A DNA stretch of 23,933 nucleotides from Candidatus Fraserbacteria bacterium (GTDB taxonomy: Bacteria > Bipolaricaulota > Bipolaricaulia > RBG-16-55-9 > JANLFV01). The stretch covers positions 1-23,933 of the forward strand of contig JBBIJD010000022.1 of the NCBI GenBank assembly GCA_037446135.1. The letters run 5' to 3'. Position numbers and translations under genes: made by a program. Shown piece after piece: positions 7,984 to 16,934 of the stretch (position 1 is its first letter; the number at the start of each line of letters is the position of its first letter). The notes below the pieces were generated by a model. The model searched no databases and was not told the DNA's origin. It saw nothing but the letters and a program-made list of their open reading frames with translations.

Positions 7984-8625
7984 ATGGCCGTGGAACAGCT
8001 CGTCACCGATATCGACAATACCATCCTACGGACCGAGCGGCGGCTCCGGAAGGCCCTGGAGGAGATCGGTCGAGAGGAGCTCTTCCCTCAGCTCCGCGCC
8101 CGCTATGATGGGGTGAAGGCCCTCCTCAACCCGGAGGAACAGGAGGCCTTCTACCGGCTCTTCCTCTCGGAACGCTACCTCCACCTCGATGAGCCCCTCC
8201 CCGGGGCGGCCGAGGCCCTCCGGGCCCTGCGCGAGGCCGGCTATCGGATCGTCTACCTCACTGGGCGGCACGATTCTCCGGAGGATTCGATGCGCCTTGG
8301 GACCGAACTCTGGCTCGTTGAGCACGGCTTCCCCAATCCAGGGGACGGCTCGACCCTGCTCTGGATGAAGCCCAAGCGGGGGCTGGATGACCGGCAGTTC
8401 AAAGAGGCGGCGCTGAAGGAGATCCTTCAGCTCGGCCCGGTCCGGGCCGGGGTCGGCGACCGCCCGAGCGACATCGAAGCCTACCTCAGTTGCGGGATCC
8501 TGGCGATCCTAGTTCGGGGTGATCATTATCCGCGAGATGGACCCCGCGCGGTCGAGGCCGGGGCACAGATCGTTCGCGACTGGAGTGAGCTGAGCGCGCT
8601 GCTCCTCGGGGCTGAGCCGAGTTGA
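7984..8625 (+). CDS. HAD superfamily hydrolase (phosphatase-like)
   Basis: Motif I TDIDNT close to the ATG at 7984, YLTGR, catalytic Lys (FKEA), GVGDRPSD. Confidence 0.88.
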   Translation: MAVEQLVTDIDNTILRTERRLRKALEEIGREELFPQLRARYDGVKALLNPEEQEAFYRLFLSERYLHLDEPLPGAAEALRALREAGYRIVYLTGRHDSPEDSMRLGTELWLVEHGFPNPGDGSTLLWMKPKRGLDDRQFKEAALKEILQLGPVRAGVGDRPSDIEAYLSCGILAILVRGDHYPRDGPRAVEAGAQIVRDWSELSALLLGAEPS

Positions 8626-8650
8626 CAGTCACGGGGGGTGGGCTTACAAT
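8622..8650 (+). promoter_or_regulatory. sigma70 promoter for the phn-like operon
   Basis: TTGACA, 17-bp spacer, TACAAT. The -35 box overlaps the HAD stop codon. Confidence 0.8.
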
Positions 8651-8690
8651 TTAAGTTAGGGCGCCCAATTCTCGAAGGAGGTGGTGGTCA

Positions 8691-9854
8691 GTGCGGTCAA
8701 TAGGAGTCAAGCTGGTGCTGGTGGTAGCGCTGATCGCGCTACTTGGAGTAGGGCTCGGGGCGAGCCTCGGCGGGGCGGCGCAACAGCCCCAAGTAGGGAC
8801 GAAGGATCGACCGATCATCTGGCTCTTGCCCCCGTCAGTCCTCCCAGCGACGATCGAGGAGACGGGGAAGGCGATCGCTGAGGACCTCTACGAGATGACC
8901 GGCCTCTACATCAAGTATGTCGTAGCCGCGAGCTATGCGGCCCTCAATGAGGCGATGATCGCAGCAAGAGAGGATACCATGGCCTGCCCGACTACTGAGC
9001 AATATGCCGCAATTACCAATGTCAACCCCAAGGTCCACGCCCGACTCGCGGCAGTCCGCTATGGCTATCCCTACTACTTCGCCTCGATCTACGCTTTCCG
9101 GGAGAAGGGTTATGGCTCGCTCGAGGACCTCAATGGGACGGTCTGGATCTACAATGACCCCGGCTCGACCTCCGGCTATGTGATCCCGAAGAAGGCCTTC
9201 GATAAGCTCGGGCTCACCTTCGCCGGGACGGTGGAGTCCGGCGGCCATACTGCCTCGGTCATCGCCCTCTTGGAGGGGCAGGGAGACTTCGCCACCGGCT
9301 ACGGCTCACCGCCGCTCCCGCCTGCTAACAGGTGTCTACAGTCCTGTGGGGCCGTTTTCAAGGACTGTATACTAGCCAATCCTCTTAATCCTGTTGCCTG
9401 TATACCAGTTCTCGAGGAATGCGAAAAGGCTTGTGCAACCCGCTGGGAGTATGGGATGGACCCGGAGCTTTGGGTCTGGGATCGCTGGGGGAATGACCTC
9501 TACCCCGAGGCTGTCCGCGGCATAGTTAAGGACGTGCGCTATGCTGTCTCGAAGGCCACGACCGCTTATGGTAGCTACTGGGACATCGTCCGGAAGGTGG
9601 GGATCGTCGCAACTTTGGGCCCGATGCCCAACGACAGCCTCTCCTTCTGCCAGGACTTCCCCAAGGATATCGAGGACAAGATCGTCCAGGCCGTGATCCA
9701 GCACATCCGCTCCCCGGAAGGGAAGAAGCTCTGGAGCGACCCCAACTTCTACGAGTGGGACGATGTGATGGAGATCGATGACTCCTTCTATGACTGCTAC
9801 CGGGAGCTCGTCGGCTATCCGATCCCTGAAGGGAGGACCTGCAAGAAGCCTTAA
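8691..9854 (+). CDS. phnD: Phosphate/phosphite/phosphonate ABC transporter substrate-binding protein (PhnD family)
   Basis: Signal peptide, SYAALNEAM, DPGSTSGY, GGH, MPND motifs; first gene before phnC/phnE-like genes. Confidence 0.85.
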   Translation: MRSIGVKLVLVVALIALLGVGLGASLGGAAQQPQVGTKDRPIIWLLPPSVLPATIEETGKAIAEDLYEMTGLYIKYVVAASYAALNEAMIAAREDTMACPTTEQYAAITNVNPKVHARLAAVRYGYPYYFASIYAFREKGYGSLEDLNGTVWIYNDPGSTSGYVIPKKAFDKLGLTFAGTVESGGHTASVIALLEGQGDFATGYGSPPLPPANRCLQSCGAVFKDCILANPLNPVACIPVLEECEKACATRWEYGMDPELWVWDRWGNDLYPEAVRGIVKDVRYAVSKATTAYGSYWDIVRKVGIVATLGPMPNDSLSFCQDFPKDIEDKIVQAVIQHIRSPEGKKLWSDPNFYEWDDVMEIDDSFYDCYRELVGYPIPEGRTCKKP

Positions 9855-9874
9855 AGAGAGGGGAGGAGAATTGG

Positions 9875-9901
9875 GAGGGGGAGGGGACTTCCCTCCCCCT
9901 C
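9875..9901 (+). terminator. GC-rich hairpin after phnD (attenuator or mRNA stabiliser)
   Basis: GAGGGGGAGGG-GACTT-CCCTCCCCCTC followed by TCTT. Confidence 0.6.
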
Positions 9902-9921
9902 TCTTATAACCGAATAACGAT

Positions 9922-10689
9922 ATGCCCCATCTGATCGTCGATCGATTGACAAAGATCTACGAGCGAGGGAAGGTCCTGGCCCTCGATGATGTGAGCTTTA
10001 CCGTCGAGAAGGGGGAGTTCCTTGTCCTCATCGGCCTCTCCGGCTCGGGGAAGTCCACCCTCCTGCGCTGCATCAACCGGCTGGTCGAGCCGACCTCCGG
10101 GAGGGTGATCCTTGACGGGACCGAGATCACGGCCCTCTCCCCGCGGGAGTTGCGAAGAGTCCGGCGGAAGATCGGGATGATCTTCCAGCAGTTCAACCTG
10201 GTGAAGCGCTCGACGGTCCTGGCGAATGTCCTGGCCGGGCGACTCGGCTATGTCCCCACTCCAAGGACGCTCTTGGGGAAGTTCCCGAAAGAGGACCTGG
10301 AGCGGGCTAAGAGGGCATTAGAGCGGGTGGGACTCCTGGAGAAGATGTTCGTCCGGGCCGACCAGCTCTCCGGAGGCCAGCAGCAGCGGGTGGGGATCGC
10401 CCGGGCTCTGATGCAAGAGCCGGACCTCCTTCTTGCGGATGAGCCCGTCTCGGCCTTGGACCCGGCGACCTCCCATTCCATCTTGCAGTATCTGGAGCAG
10501 ATGAACCGCGAGGATGGGGTGACCGTCCTCTGCGCACTCCACTTCCTCTCACTGGCTCGGCGCTACGGGAGTCGGCTGATCGCCCTCAAGGACGGGCGGA
10601 TCGTCTTCGAGGGGCTGCCAGCGGAGATCGATAACGTCAAGTTCAAGGAGATCTATGGCGAAGAGGCCGAAGAGGTCGAGGTCCGCTGA
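9922..10689 (+). CDS. phnC: Phosphonate ABC transporter ATP-binding protein
   Basis: Walker A GLSGSGKS, IFQQFNLV, NVLAGRLG, LSGGQQQRVGIARAL, LADEPVSALDP. Confidence 0.93.
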   Translation: MPHLIVDRLTKIYERGKVLALDDVSFTVEKGEFLVLIGLSGSGKSTLLRCINRLVEPTSGRVILDGTEITALSPRELRRVRRKIGMIFQQFNLVKRSTVLANVLAGRLGYVPTPRTLLGKFPKEDLERAKRALERVGLLEKMFVRADQLSGGQQQRVGIARALMQEPDLLLADEPVSALDPATSHSILQYLEQMNREDGVTVLCALHFLSLARRYGSRLIALKDGRIVFEGLPAEIDNVKFKEIYGEEAEEVEVR

Positions 10690-11923
10690 TCCTTCCCTAA
10701 TTCCTCTGGGGAAGCGCCTCCTCTCCTTCTTCTTAGACTGGGCCATCTGGGGATATATAGCCTATGGGGCCGTCTACTTCCTCAACTACTATTGGTATGT
10801 AGCTCATATCGACTGGTATGGGCGGCTCACTCTGCCCGACTGGGCCTGGCCGGTGGTCGTCGTCTCTACTCTAGAGCTAGCCCTACTCTGTCGGGCCTTC
10901 GGCCATAGCTTAGGGACACGGCTCTTAGGGCTAATCCTCGCGGAAGATGGCCATTACTCTCCTTCCTGGGGGAAGCGTTTCCGCTACTTCTGGGCGAGTC
11001 ATATCTCCATAGTGCCATTGGGGCTCGGGGTCTGGGCTAGCCCCAAACGGCCCTGGCACGAACGGCTCTCCGGCCTTCAACTCGTCCGTCTCCCCGAGCC
11101 CGAGGTGCGGACTACGCCCCCACCACGTTGGTATGCGACCGGCTGGGGGATGATGGCCCTCTTCCTCTTCGGCCTCACGATGGCTTTGGGCTGGCATATC
11201 ACGGGGGTCCATCTCAAGGCGCTAGTCAGCGGGGTGGGGAAGCCCGTCCGCCTCTGGCGGGGCTTAGTCAGGCCGGATTTCTCTTACCTCATTGAGCTCG
11301 ATCCTTGGCTCAATGACTCCATCGTCGGCGCGCTCATCGAGTCGGTCTTCATGGCCCTCCTGGCCACAGTATTCGGGGTGGCCTTTGCCTTCCCTTTGAG
11401 TTTCCTCGGGGCGAGGAACATCATGGCCACCGGCCCCATCGGCCTGCTCATCTATGGCTTGACACGCGGTATCTTCAATATCTTCCGCTCCATCGAGTCG
11501 ATCCTCTGGGCCCTGATCTTCGCCATTTGGGTCGGCTGGGGACCGTTCGCCGGGACCTTAGCCCTCTTCCTCCATACGATCGCGGCGCTGGGGAAGCTCT
11601 ACTCCGAGCAGATTGAGCACATCGATCCCGGGCCGGTCGAGGCGGTCACCGCCACCGGTGCCAGCCGCCTTGAGGTGATGCGCTATGCCGTGATCCCCCA
11701 GATCATCCCACCTTACCTAGCCTTCACCCTCTACCGCTGGGACATCAATGTCCGGATGGCGACTGTAGTGGCCTTGGTCGGTGGCGGCGGGATCGGAAGG
11801 CTCTTCTTCTACTACCAGAACCAGCTCGATTGGCCCAAGGTCGGGGCGGTGATCGTGGGGATTGCCCTGATCGTGTGGGCGCTGGACTATATCTCCGGAA
11901 GGGTGAGGGAAAAGATCGTATGA
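10655..11923 (+). CDS. phnE: PhnE family permease with an N-terminal RDD-like domain
   Basis: C-terminal GKLYSEQIE.IDPGPVEA...LYRWDINVRMATVVALVGGGGIG. N-terminal KRLLSFFLDW...SLGTRLLGL...WHERLSG. Confidence 0.9.
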   Translation: MAKRPKRSRSADPSLIPLGKRLLSFFLDWAIWGYIAYGAVYFLNYYWYVAHIDWYGRLTLPDWAWPVVVVSTLELALLCRAFGHSLGTRLLGLILAEDGHYSPSWGKRFRYFWASHISIVPLGLGVWASPKRPWHERLSGLQLVRLPEPEVRTTPPPRWYATGWGMMALFLFGLTMALGWHITGVHLKALVSGVGKPVRLWRGLVRPDFSYLIELDPWLNDSIVGALIESVFMALLATVFGVAFAFPLSFLGARNIMATGPIGLLIYGLTRGIFNIFRSIESILWALIFAIWVGWGPFAGTLALFLHTIAALGKLYSEQIEHIDPGPVEAVTATGASRLEVMRYAVIPQIIPPYLAFTLYRWDINVRMATVVALVGGGGIGRLFFYYQNQLDWPKVGAVIVGIALIVWALDYISGRVREKIV

Positions 11924-13122
11924 ACGAGCGCCTCTGGCTTCGCGACCGACTCCGGGCCGCCCGGCTGCGGCTCCTCATCCCCCTAATTGATTGGCTCGCC
12001 CTCGCCTACCTCTGGGCCATCGGGACCTGTTTTGTGAGCTTCATCCTCTATGGGAGGGAGGCCTATCTCCTCCTCCCCTGGTGGTGGATGGCCTTTGGGG
12101 TCGTGGAAGGCGCAGCTCTTTGGGAGAGCTTCGGGGTCTCGCTGGGGATGCGCTTGTTCGGGAGGCAGCTCTTAGAAGGAAAGGGAGGGACTACCCCTCG
12201 GCCGGCCCAGCGCTTTAGTTACTGGCTCTTCTGGCACCTCTCCCTCCCTTTGGCTTTCCTGAACCCGTGGTTCGATCCCCAGGGCCGCTCGCTCCAGGAG
12301 AGGCTGAGCGGCCTGGTCCTAGCGGAGCCCGGCTCTGGTCTCCCCCAGCCGCGCTGGTATCGGACGAGCTGGGGGCTGGGGCTCCTGCTCACCGCCCTGC
12401 TCACCTTGGGCGCGGCCTTCGGGATCACTAAAGTGAGCTTCCTCGCCCTCTTCACCGGCGCCCCCAGGACGGCGAAGTTCTGGCGGGCGCTCGCCGGTCC
12501 CAATACCTCCCTCTTTGGACTGGGGGTTAAGCTCCTCTTCGAGACCTTCTTCATGGCCATGATGGCCACGGTCTTCGGGGTCCTCGTCGCCATGCCCATC
12601 TCCTTCCTCGCCGCGCGGAACCTCATGCGCGGCCCGCTCGCCCGGCTCATCTATATGCTCGTCCGGGCAGGCGCGAGCCTCACCCGCTCAGTCGATGCGA
12701 TTATCTGGGCCATCATCTTTGCCGTCTGGGTGGGGATGGGCTCCTTCGCCGGGGCCTTAGCCCTCTTTCTCCACTCGATCGCCGACTTGGTAAAGCTCTA
12801 CTCCGAGCAGCTCGAGTCCATCGACCCCGGGCCGGTCGAGGCGGTCACTGCCACGGGAGCGAACCGCCTCCAGGTCATCCGCTATGGGATCATCCCCCAG
12901 ATCATCAACCCCTATCTCTCCTTCACCCTCTACCGCTGGGACATCAATGTCCGGATGGCCACGGTCGTGGGAGTAGTCGGTGGCGGAGGGATCGGCTGGC
13001 GACTCTATGGCTATCTTAAGGCCTGGCAATTCCCCGAGGCGAGCATGTTCACCATCTTGATCATCGCCCTCGTCTGGGCCATCGACTATGTGAGCGCGAG
13101 GCTGCGGGCTAAGCTCGCTTGA
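11920..13122 (+). CDS. phnE: Second PhnE family permease with an N-terminal RDD-like domain
   Basis: ATGA overlap at 11920. KLYSEQLE.IDPGPVEA, LYRWDINVRMAT; RLLIPLIDW...SLGMRLFG...SLQERLSG. Confidence 0.9.
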   Translation: MNERLWLRDRLRAARLRLLIPLIDWLALAYLWAIGTCFVSFILYGREAYLLLPWWWMAFGVVEGAALWESFGVSLGMRLFGRQLLEGKGGTTPRPAQRFSYWLFWHLSLPLAFLNPWFDPQGRSLQERLSGLVLAEPGSGLPQPRWYRTSWGLGLLLTALLTLGAAFGITKVSFLALFTGAPRTAKFWRALAGPNTSLFGLGVKLLFETFFMAMMATVFGVLVAMPISFLAARNLMRGPLARLIYMLVRAGASLTRSVDAIIWAIIFAVWVGMGSFAGALALFLHSIADLVKLYSEQLESIDPGPVEAVTATGANRLQVIRYGIIPQIINPYLSFTLYRWDINVRMATVVGVVGGGGIGWRLYGYLKAWQFPEASMFTILIIALVWAIDYVSARLRAKLA

Positions 13123-13129
13123 GCTCGAG

Positions 13130-13972
13130 ATGAGGGTCCAAGACCTCCTTTCGGCTGCCGCGCCCTTGATCGACCGAGCCCTGGCCGAGGACCTCGGCCC
13201 GGGAGATGTGACGACCGAGGCAATAGTCCCCGAGGACGCCCTTGGCGAGGGAGTGATCCTTGCCAAGGCCGAGGGGGTCCTGGCCGGCCTCCCGATCGCC
13301 GGGGAGGTCTTCCGCCGAGTGGACTCGAAGATCCATTTCACCCCAGAGGCCCAGGACGGCGAGCCGGTCGCCCCTGGTCAGCTTGTAGCTCGCCTCTCCG
13401 GCCCGCTCAGGGGGATCCTCACCGCCGAGCGAGTGGCGCTCAACTTCCTCGGCCGCCTCTCGGGGATCGCGACCCTCACTAGCCGCTATGTCGAGGCCGT
13501 CGCGCCCTACCGGGCGGTGATCCTGGACACGAGGAAGACCACCCCCGGCTGGCGGCTCCTCGAGAAGTATGCCGTCCGGTGCGGCGGTGGGCGGAACCAT
13601 CGGTTGGGACTCTACGATATGGTCCTGATCAAGGACAACCACATCGCGGCCGCGGGGTCCATCACCGCCGCGGTGGAACGGGCCCGGGCCTCCGAGGTAA
13701 AGCTTCCGATCGAGGTGGAGGTCCGGACCCTAGGGGAATTGGAGGAAGCCCTCTCTCTCGGGGTCGACCGTATCCTCCTCGATAATATGGACCTCGCGAC
13801 CCTGAGGGAGGCGGTCAAGTTGGCCCGGGGGCGGGCCGAGCTCGAGGCCTCCGGGGGGATCTCTTTGAAGAATGTGGAAGAGGTCGCGGCCACCGGGGTG
13901 GACTACATCTCAGTCGGGGCGCTCACTCACTCCGCTCCGGCCCTGGACCTCTCCCTGGAGATCAGTCGCTAA
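13130..13972 (+). CDS. nadC: Nicotinate-nucleotide diphosphorylase (quinolinate phosphoribosyltransferase)
   Basis: EDL..GDVT, ERVALN, DTRKTTPG, HRLGL.D..LIKDNH, LLDNM, EASGGI. Confidence 0.97.
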   Translation: MRVQDLLSAAAPLIDRALAEDLGPGDVTTEAIVPEDALGEGVILAKAEGVLAGLPIAGEVFRRVDSKIHFTPEAQDGEPVAPGQLVARLSGPLRGILTAERVALNFLGRLSGIATLTSRYVEAVAPYRAVILDTRKTTPGWRLLEKYAVRCGGGRNHRLGLYDMVLIKDNHIAAAGSITAAVERARASEVKLPIEVEVRTLGELEEALSLGVDRILLDNMDLATLREAVKLARGRAELEASGGISLKNVEEVAATGVDYISVGALTHSAPALDLSLEISR

Positions 13973-13992
13973 GCCCTGTATCATTGATTGCC

Positions 13993-15105
13993 ATGCTCCA
14001 TCTCCAGGTCGGGGGAGAGACTTCTGCCCAGGCCCGGGTCGAGGAGGCCAAGCGCCGCCTGGCCGGGGAATTGCTGATCCTGGCCCATCACTACCAGCGG
14101 GACGAGATCGTGGAGGTGGCCGACTTCCGCGGGGACTCTCTCGAGCTCTCCCGTCAGGCCGCGACTACCAATGCCCGCTACATCGTCTTCTGCGGGGTCC
14201 ACTTCATGGCCGAGACGGCCGCGATCCTCGCTCGGCCCGACCAGCGGGTCCTCATCCCCCGCGAGGACGCTGGTTGCTTCCTCGCCGATCAGGCTGAGCT
14301 GCCCGCACTCGAGGCCGCCTGGCAGATCCTGGACAGGGCCATCGATGTAGAAAGAGAGTTACTCCCTATCACTTATATCAACTCCTCCGCAGAGGTGAAG
14401 GCCTTCGTCGGCCGCCACGGCGGGGCGGTCTGCACCTCCGCCAATGCCGAGAAGGTCCTGAGATGGGCCTTCTCCCGGAAGCCGAGGGTCTTCTTCCTCC
14501 CCGACCAGCATCTGGGGCGGAATGCAGCCCGCCGGCTCGGCCTCTCCGAGGAGGAAATCGCCCTCTGGGCCCCCTGCTTCCCTCCCGATCCTGAGGGGCT
14601 TGAGCCCTTCCGTCGGGCCAAGCTAATCCTCTGGCGCGGGGCCTGCAATGTCCATGTCCGGTTCCTCCCCGAGGATGTCCACCGCGTCCGGGAGGAGCAT
14701 CCCAAGGCGAGGGTAATAGTCCACCCCGAGTGCCGCCCGGAGGTGGTCGAGCTCGCGGATGAGGTCGGCTCGACCACCTTCATCATCCGGAAGGTCTCGG
14801 AGTCCCCACCGGGGAGCCAGTGGGCCGTGGGGACCGAGGGGCGGCTGGTGAGAAGGCTGGCGAAGGAGAACCCCGAGAGGCGGACCGCGAAGCGGTGGAC
14901 CGCCAGGAGCGATCCTGCTAAGACTGTCTTCTCCCTCGCTGAACCGCCGCCGCTCTGCCCCACGATGAGCCTCACTCAGCTGGAGGACCTGGCCCGGACC
15001 CTCGCTGGGCTCCTCGAAGGCCAGGAGCCCGGAAAGGTCGAAGTCCCCGAGGAGGTCGCCGCCCCGGCGAGGGCGGCGATCAAAAGGATGCTGGAGATCC
15101 CATGA
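13993..15105 (+). CDS. nadA: Quinolinate synthase (4Fe-4S), Bacillus-like long form
   Basis: LAHHYQR, GDSL.L, FCGVHFMAE, cluster Cys in AGCFLAD, GACNVH and LCPTM; PDQHLG, HPEC. Start uncertain (TTG 13984 or ATG 13993). Confidence 0.96.
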   Translation: MLHLQVGGETSAQARVEEAKRRLAGELLILAHHYQRDEIVEVADFRGDSLELSRQAATTNARYIVFCGVHFMAETAAILARPDQRVLIPREDAGCFLADQAELPALEAAWQILDRAIDVERELLPITYINSSAEVKAFVGRHGGAVCTSANAEKVLRWAFSRKPRVFFLPDQHLGRNAARRLGLSEEEIALWAPCFPPDPEGLEPFRRAKLILWRGACNVHVRFLPEDVHRVREEHPKARVIVHPECRPEVVELADEVGSTTFIIRKVSESPPGSQWAVGTEGRLVRRLAKENPERRTAKRWTARSDPAKTVFSLAEPPPLCPTMSLTQLEDLARTLAGLLEGQEPGKVEVPEEVAAPARAAIKRMLEIP

Positions 15106-16670
15106 GGGCCGTCGAAGCCGATGTCCTGGTGATCGGTGCGGGGATCGCCGGGCTCGCGGTGGCCTTGAGGCTCGCACGAGACCGCGAACGCCAGGTGGTG
15201 GTCCTCACCCGCGAGGGTGAGCCGGAAGAAGGGGCCAGCCGCTACGCCCAGGGAGGGATCGCCACCCTCGGGGAGGGCGACTCCCCGGAGCTTTTAGTCG
15301 AGGACATCCTCCAGGCCGGGGCAGGGCTCTCGCTCAAGCGGGCGGCGGAGATCCTGGCCGAGGAGGGGCCAAAGCTCGTCCAGGAGCTCTTGATCGCGGA
15401 GGCCGCGGTCCCCTTCGACCGGACTCCCAAAGGTGATCTCCATTACACTCGGGAGGGGGGCCACTCCCGGGCCAGGATCCTCCATGTGGGAGATCGGACG
15501 GGAGAAGCGATCGTTCTAGCGCTCCATCAGCTCCTCAAGGGCTTTCCCAACATCCGACTCGTCACCCGGGCGACCGCTATCGACTTGATCACCTTCCCCC
15601 ACCATGCCCGGGACCCGCTCACCGTCTATGAGCCGATCACCTGCCATGGGGCTTATGTCCTGGACCAAAGGACAGGCGAAGTCCACCGCTACCTCGCCGG
15701 GGCCACGGTCTTGGCGACCGGCGGGCTGGGAAGGATCTATCGCTATACCACGAACCCGCCGGGGGCGAGGGGTGACGGCCTGGCGATGGCCTATCGTGCG
15801 GGCGCGAGGGTGATCAACGCCGAGTATGTCCAGTTCCATCCCACGACCCTGGCGATCCCTGAGGGTGAGAATTTCCTGATCTCCGAGGCCGTCCGGGGCG
15901 AGGGCGGGCGGCTCTTCACCCCCGACGGGCGCCACTTCATGGAGGAGTATGCCCCCGGCTGGGGGGATCTCGCCCCAAGAGATGTGGTCTCTCGAGCCAT
16001 CCACCGGGAGATGACCCTCCACGGCTACCCTTATGTCCTCTTGGATGTCTCGGGGATCAAGGGCTTCCCCGAGCGGTTCCCTACGATCTATAAGCGCTGC
16101 CGCGAGCTGGGGATCTCTCTCCCCGAGGAGCCGATCCCCGTGGTCCCCGCGGCCCACTACTTCTGCGGTGGAATCTGGACCGACGAGTGGGGGAGGACCA
16201 CGATCCAGAACCTCTACGCCGTCGGGGAGGTGGCCTGCACCGGGGTCCACGGGGCCAACCGCCTGGCGAGCACCTCGCTTCTGGAGGGGCTGGTCTTCGG
16301 GGATCGGGCGGGGCGGATGATCGCGAGGAGCTCGCCTAAGCCGATCGGGCCTGAAGAGGTCCCGCCCTGGGAGCCGGCTCGGGATGGTGCCCCGGCTGAT
16401 CCGGCCCTCATCCATCGCGATTGGCGGTCGATCCAGTATACGATGTGGTATTACGCCGGCCTCTCGCGGGACGCTCATCGCCTGGAACGGGCGATCCGGG
16501 ACCTCGAGCACCTCCGGGATGAGATCATCGACTTCTACAGACGGGCCAGGCTCGACGATCCCCTCCTCGGCCTGCGGAACGGGGTCCAAGCGGCTTTAAT
16601 CGTGGCCGAGGCCGCGAGGCAGAACCGGAAGAGCCGGGGGGTCCACTTCCGCGAGGATGCCCCGGGTTAG
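15102..16670 (+). CDS. nadB: L-aspartate oxidase
   Basis: GAGIAG FAD motif, YAQGGI, EGGHS..RILH, QFHPT, SEAVRGEG, LAPRD, HGANRLAS.SLLE; nad operon context. Confidence 0.96.
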   Translation: MRAVEADVLVIGAGIAGLAVALRLARDRERQVVVLTREGEPEEGASRYAQGGIATLGEGDSPELLVEDILQAGAGLSLKRAAEILAEEGPKLVQELLIAEAAVPFDRTPKGDLHYTREGGHSRARILHVGDRTGEAIVLALHQLLKGFPNIRLVTRATAIDLITFPHHARDPLTVYEPITCHGAYVLDQRTGEVHRYLAGATVLATGGLGRIYRYTTNPPGARGDGLAMAYRAGARVINAEYVQFHPTTLAIPEGENFLISEAVRGEGGRLFTPDGRHFMEEYAPGWGDLAPRDVVSRAIHREMTLHGYPYVLLDVSGIKGFPERFPTIYKRCRELGISLPEEPIPVVPAAHYFCGGIWTDEWGRTTIQNLYAVGEVACTGVHGANRLASTSLLEGLVFGDRAGRMIARSSPKPIGPEEVPPWEPARDGAPADPALIHRDWRSIQYTMWYYAGLSRDAHRLERAIRDLEHLRDEIIDFYRRARLDDPLLGLRNGVQAALIVAEAARQNRKSRGVHFREDAPG

Positions 16671-16842
16671 CCAACTGGCAAGTGCAAGACATGAGTTTAG
16701 AGGCCTAAGAGACCGATTCTGCCATTACAACCCTAGCTAATGCCCGGATGATTTATCCTTAGATGGAATATCTTTACAATTCTCCTATAATCAGGTAACA
16801 GCGAAGGCGTGAGTGATTTGATCTTAGGTTAGGGATCGGGTC

Positions 16843-16869
16843 TTGACAAAAAAAACATTGAGCTATAAT
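16843..16869 (+). promoter_or_regulatory. sigma70 promoter of the pilus-like operon (15-bp spacer with A8 tract)
   Basis: TTGACA (16843-16848), AAAAAAACATTGAGC, TATAAT (16864-16869). Confidence 0.7.
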
Positions 16870-16934
16870 GGGGCTGATCTAGGGGTGAGAGTGACCTGGA
16901 CAGAAGGGAGGTGAGAGCCGGAAGGAGTCGCAGA

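Noticed and set aside
15516..16589. 357-aa antisense ORF and other long shadow ORFs (e.g. 292-1068, 1456-2079, 16879-17505)
   Set aside because: They overlap well-supported genes and are expected from high-GC codon bias; no recognisable motifs.
16700..16835. Imperfect inverted repeats (CCCTAGCTAA/TTAGGTTAGGG; CCTAAGA/TCTTAGG) suggesting an invertible promoter
   Set aside because: Short and imperfect, they do not enclose the main promoter, and there is no recombinase in the window.
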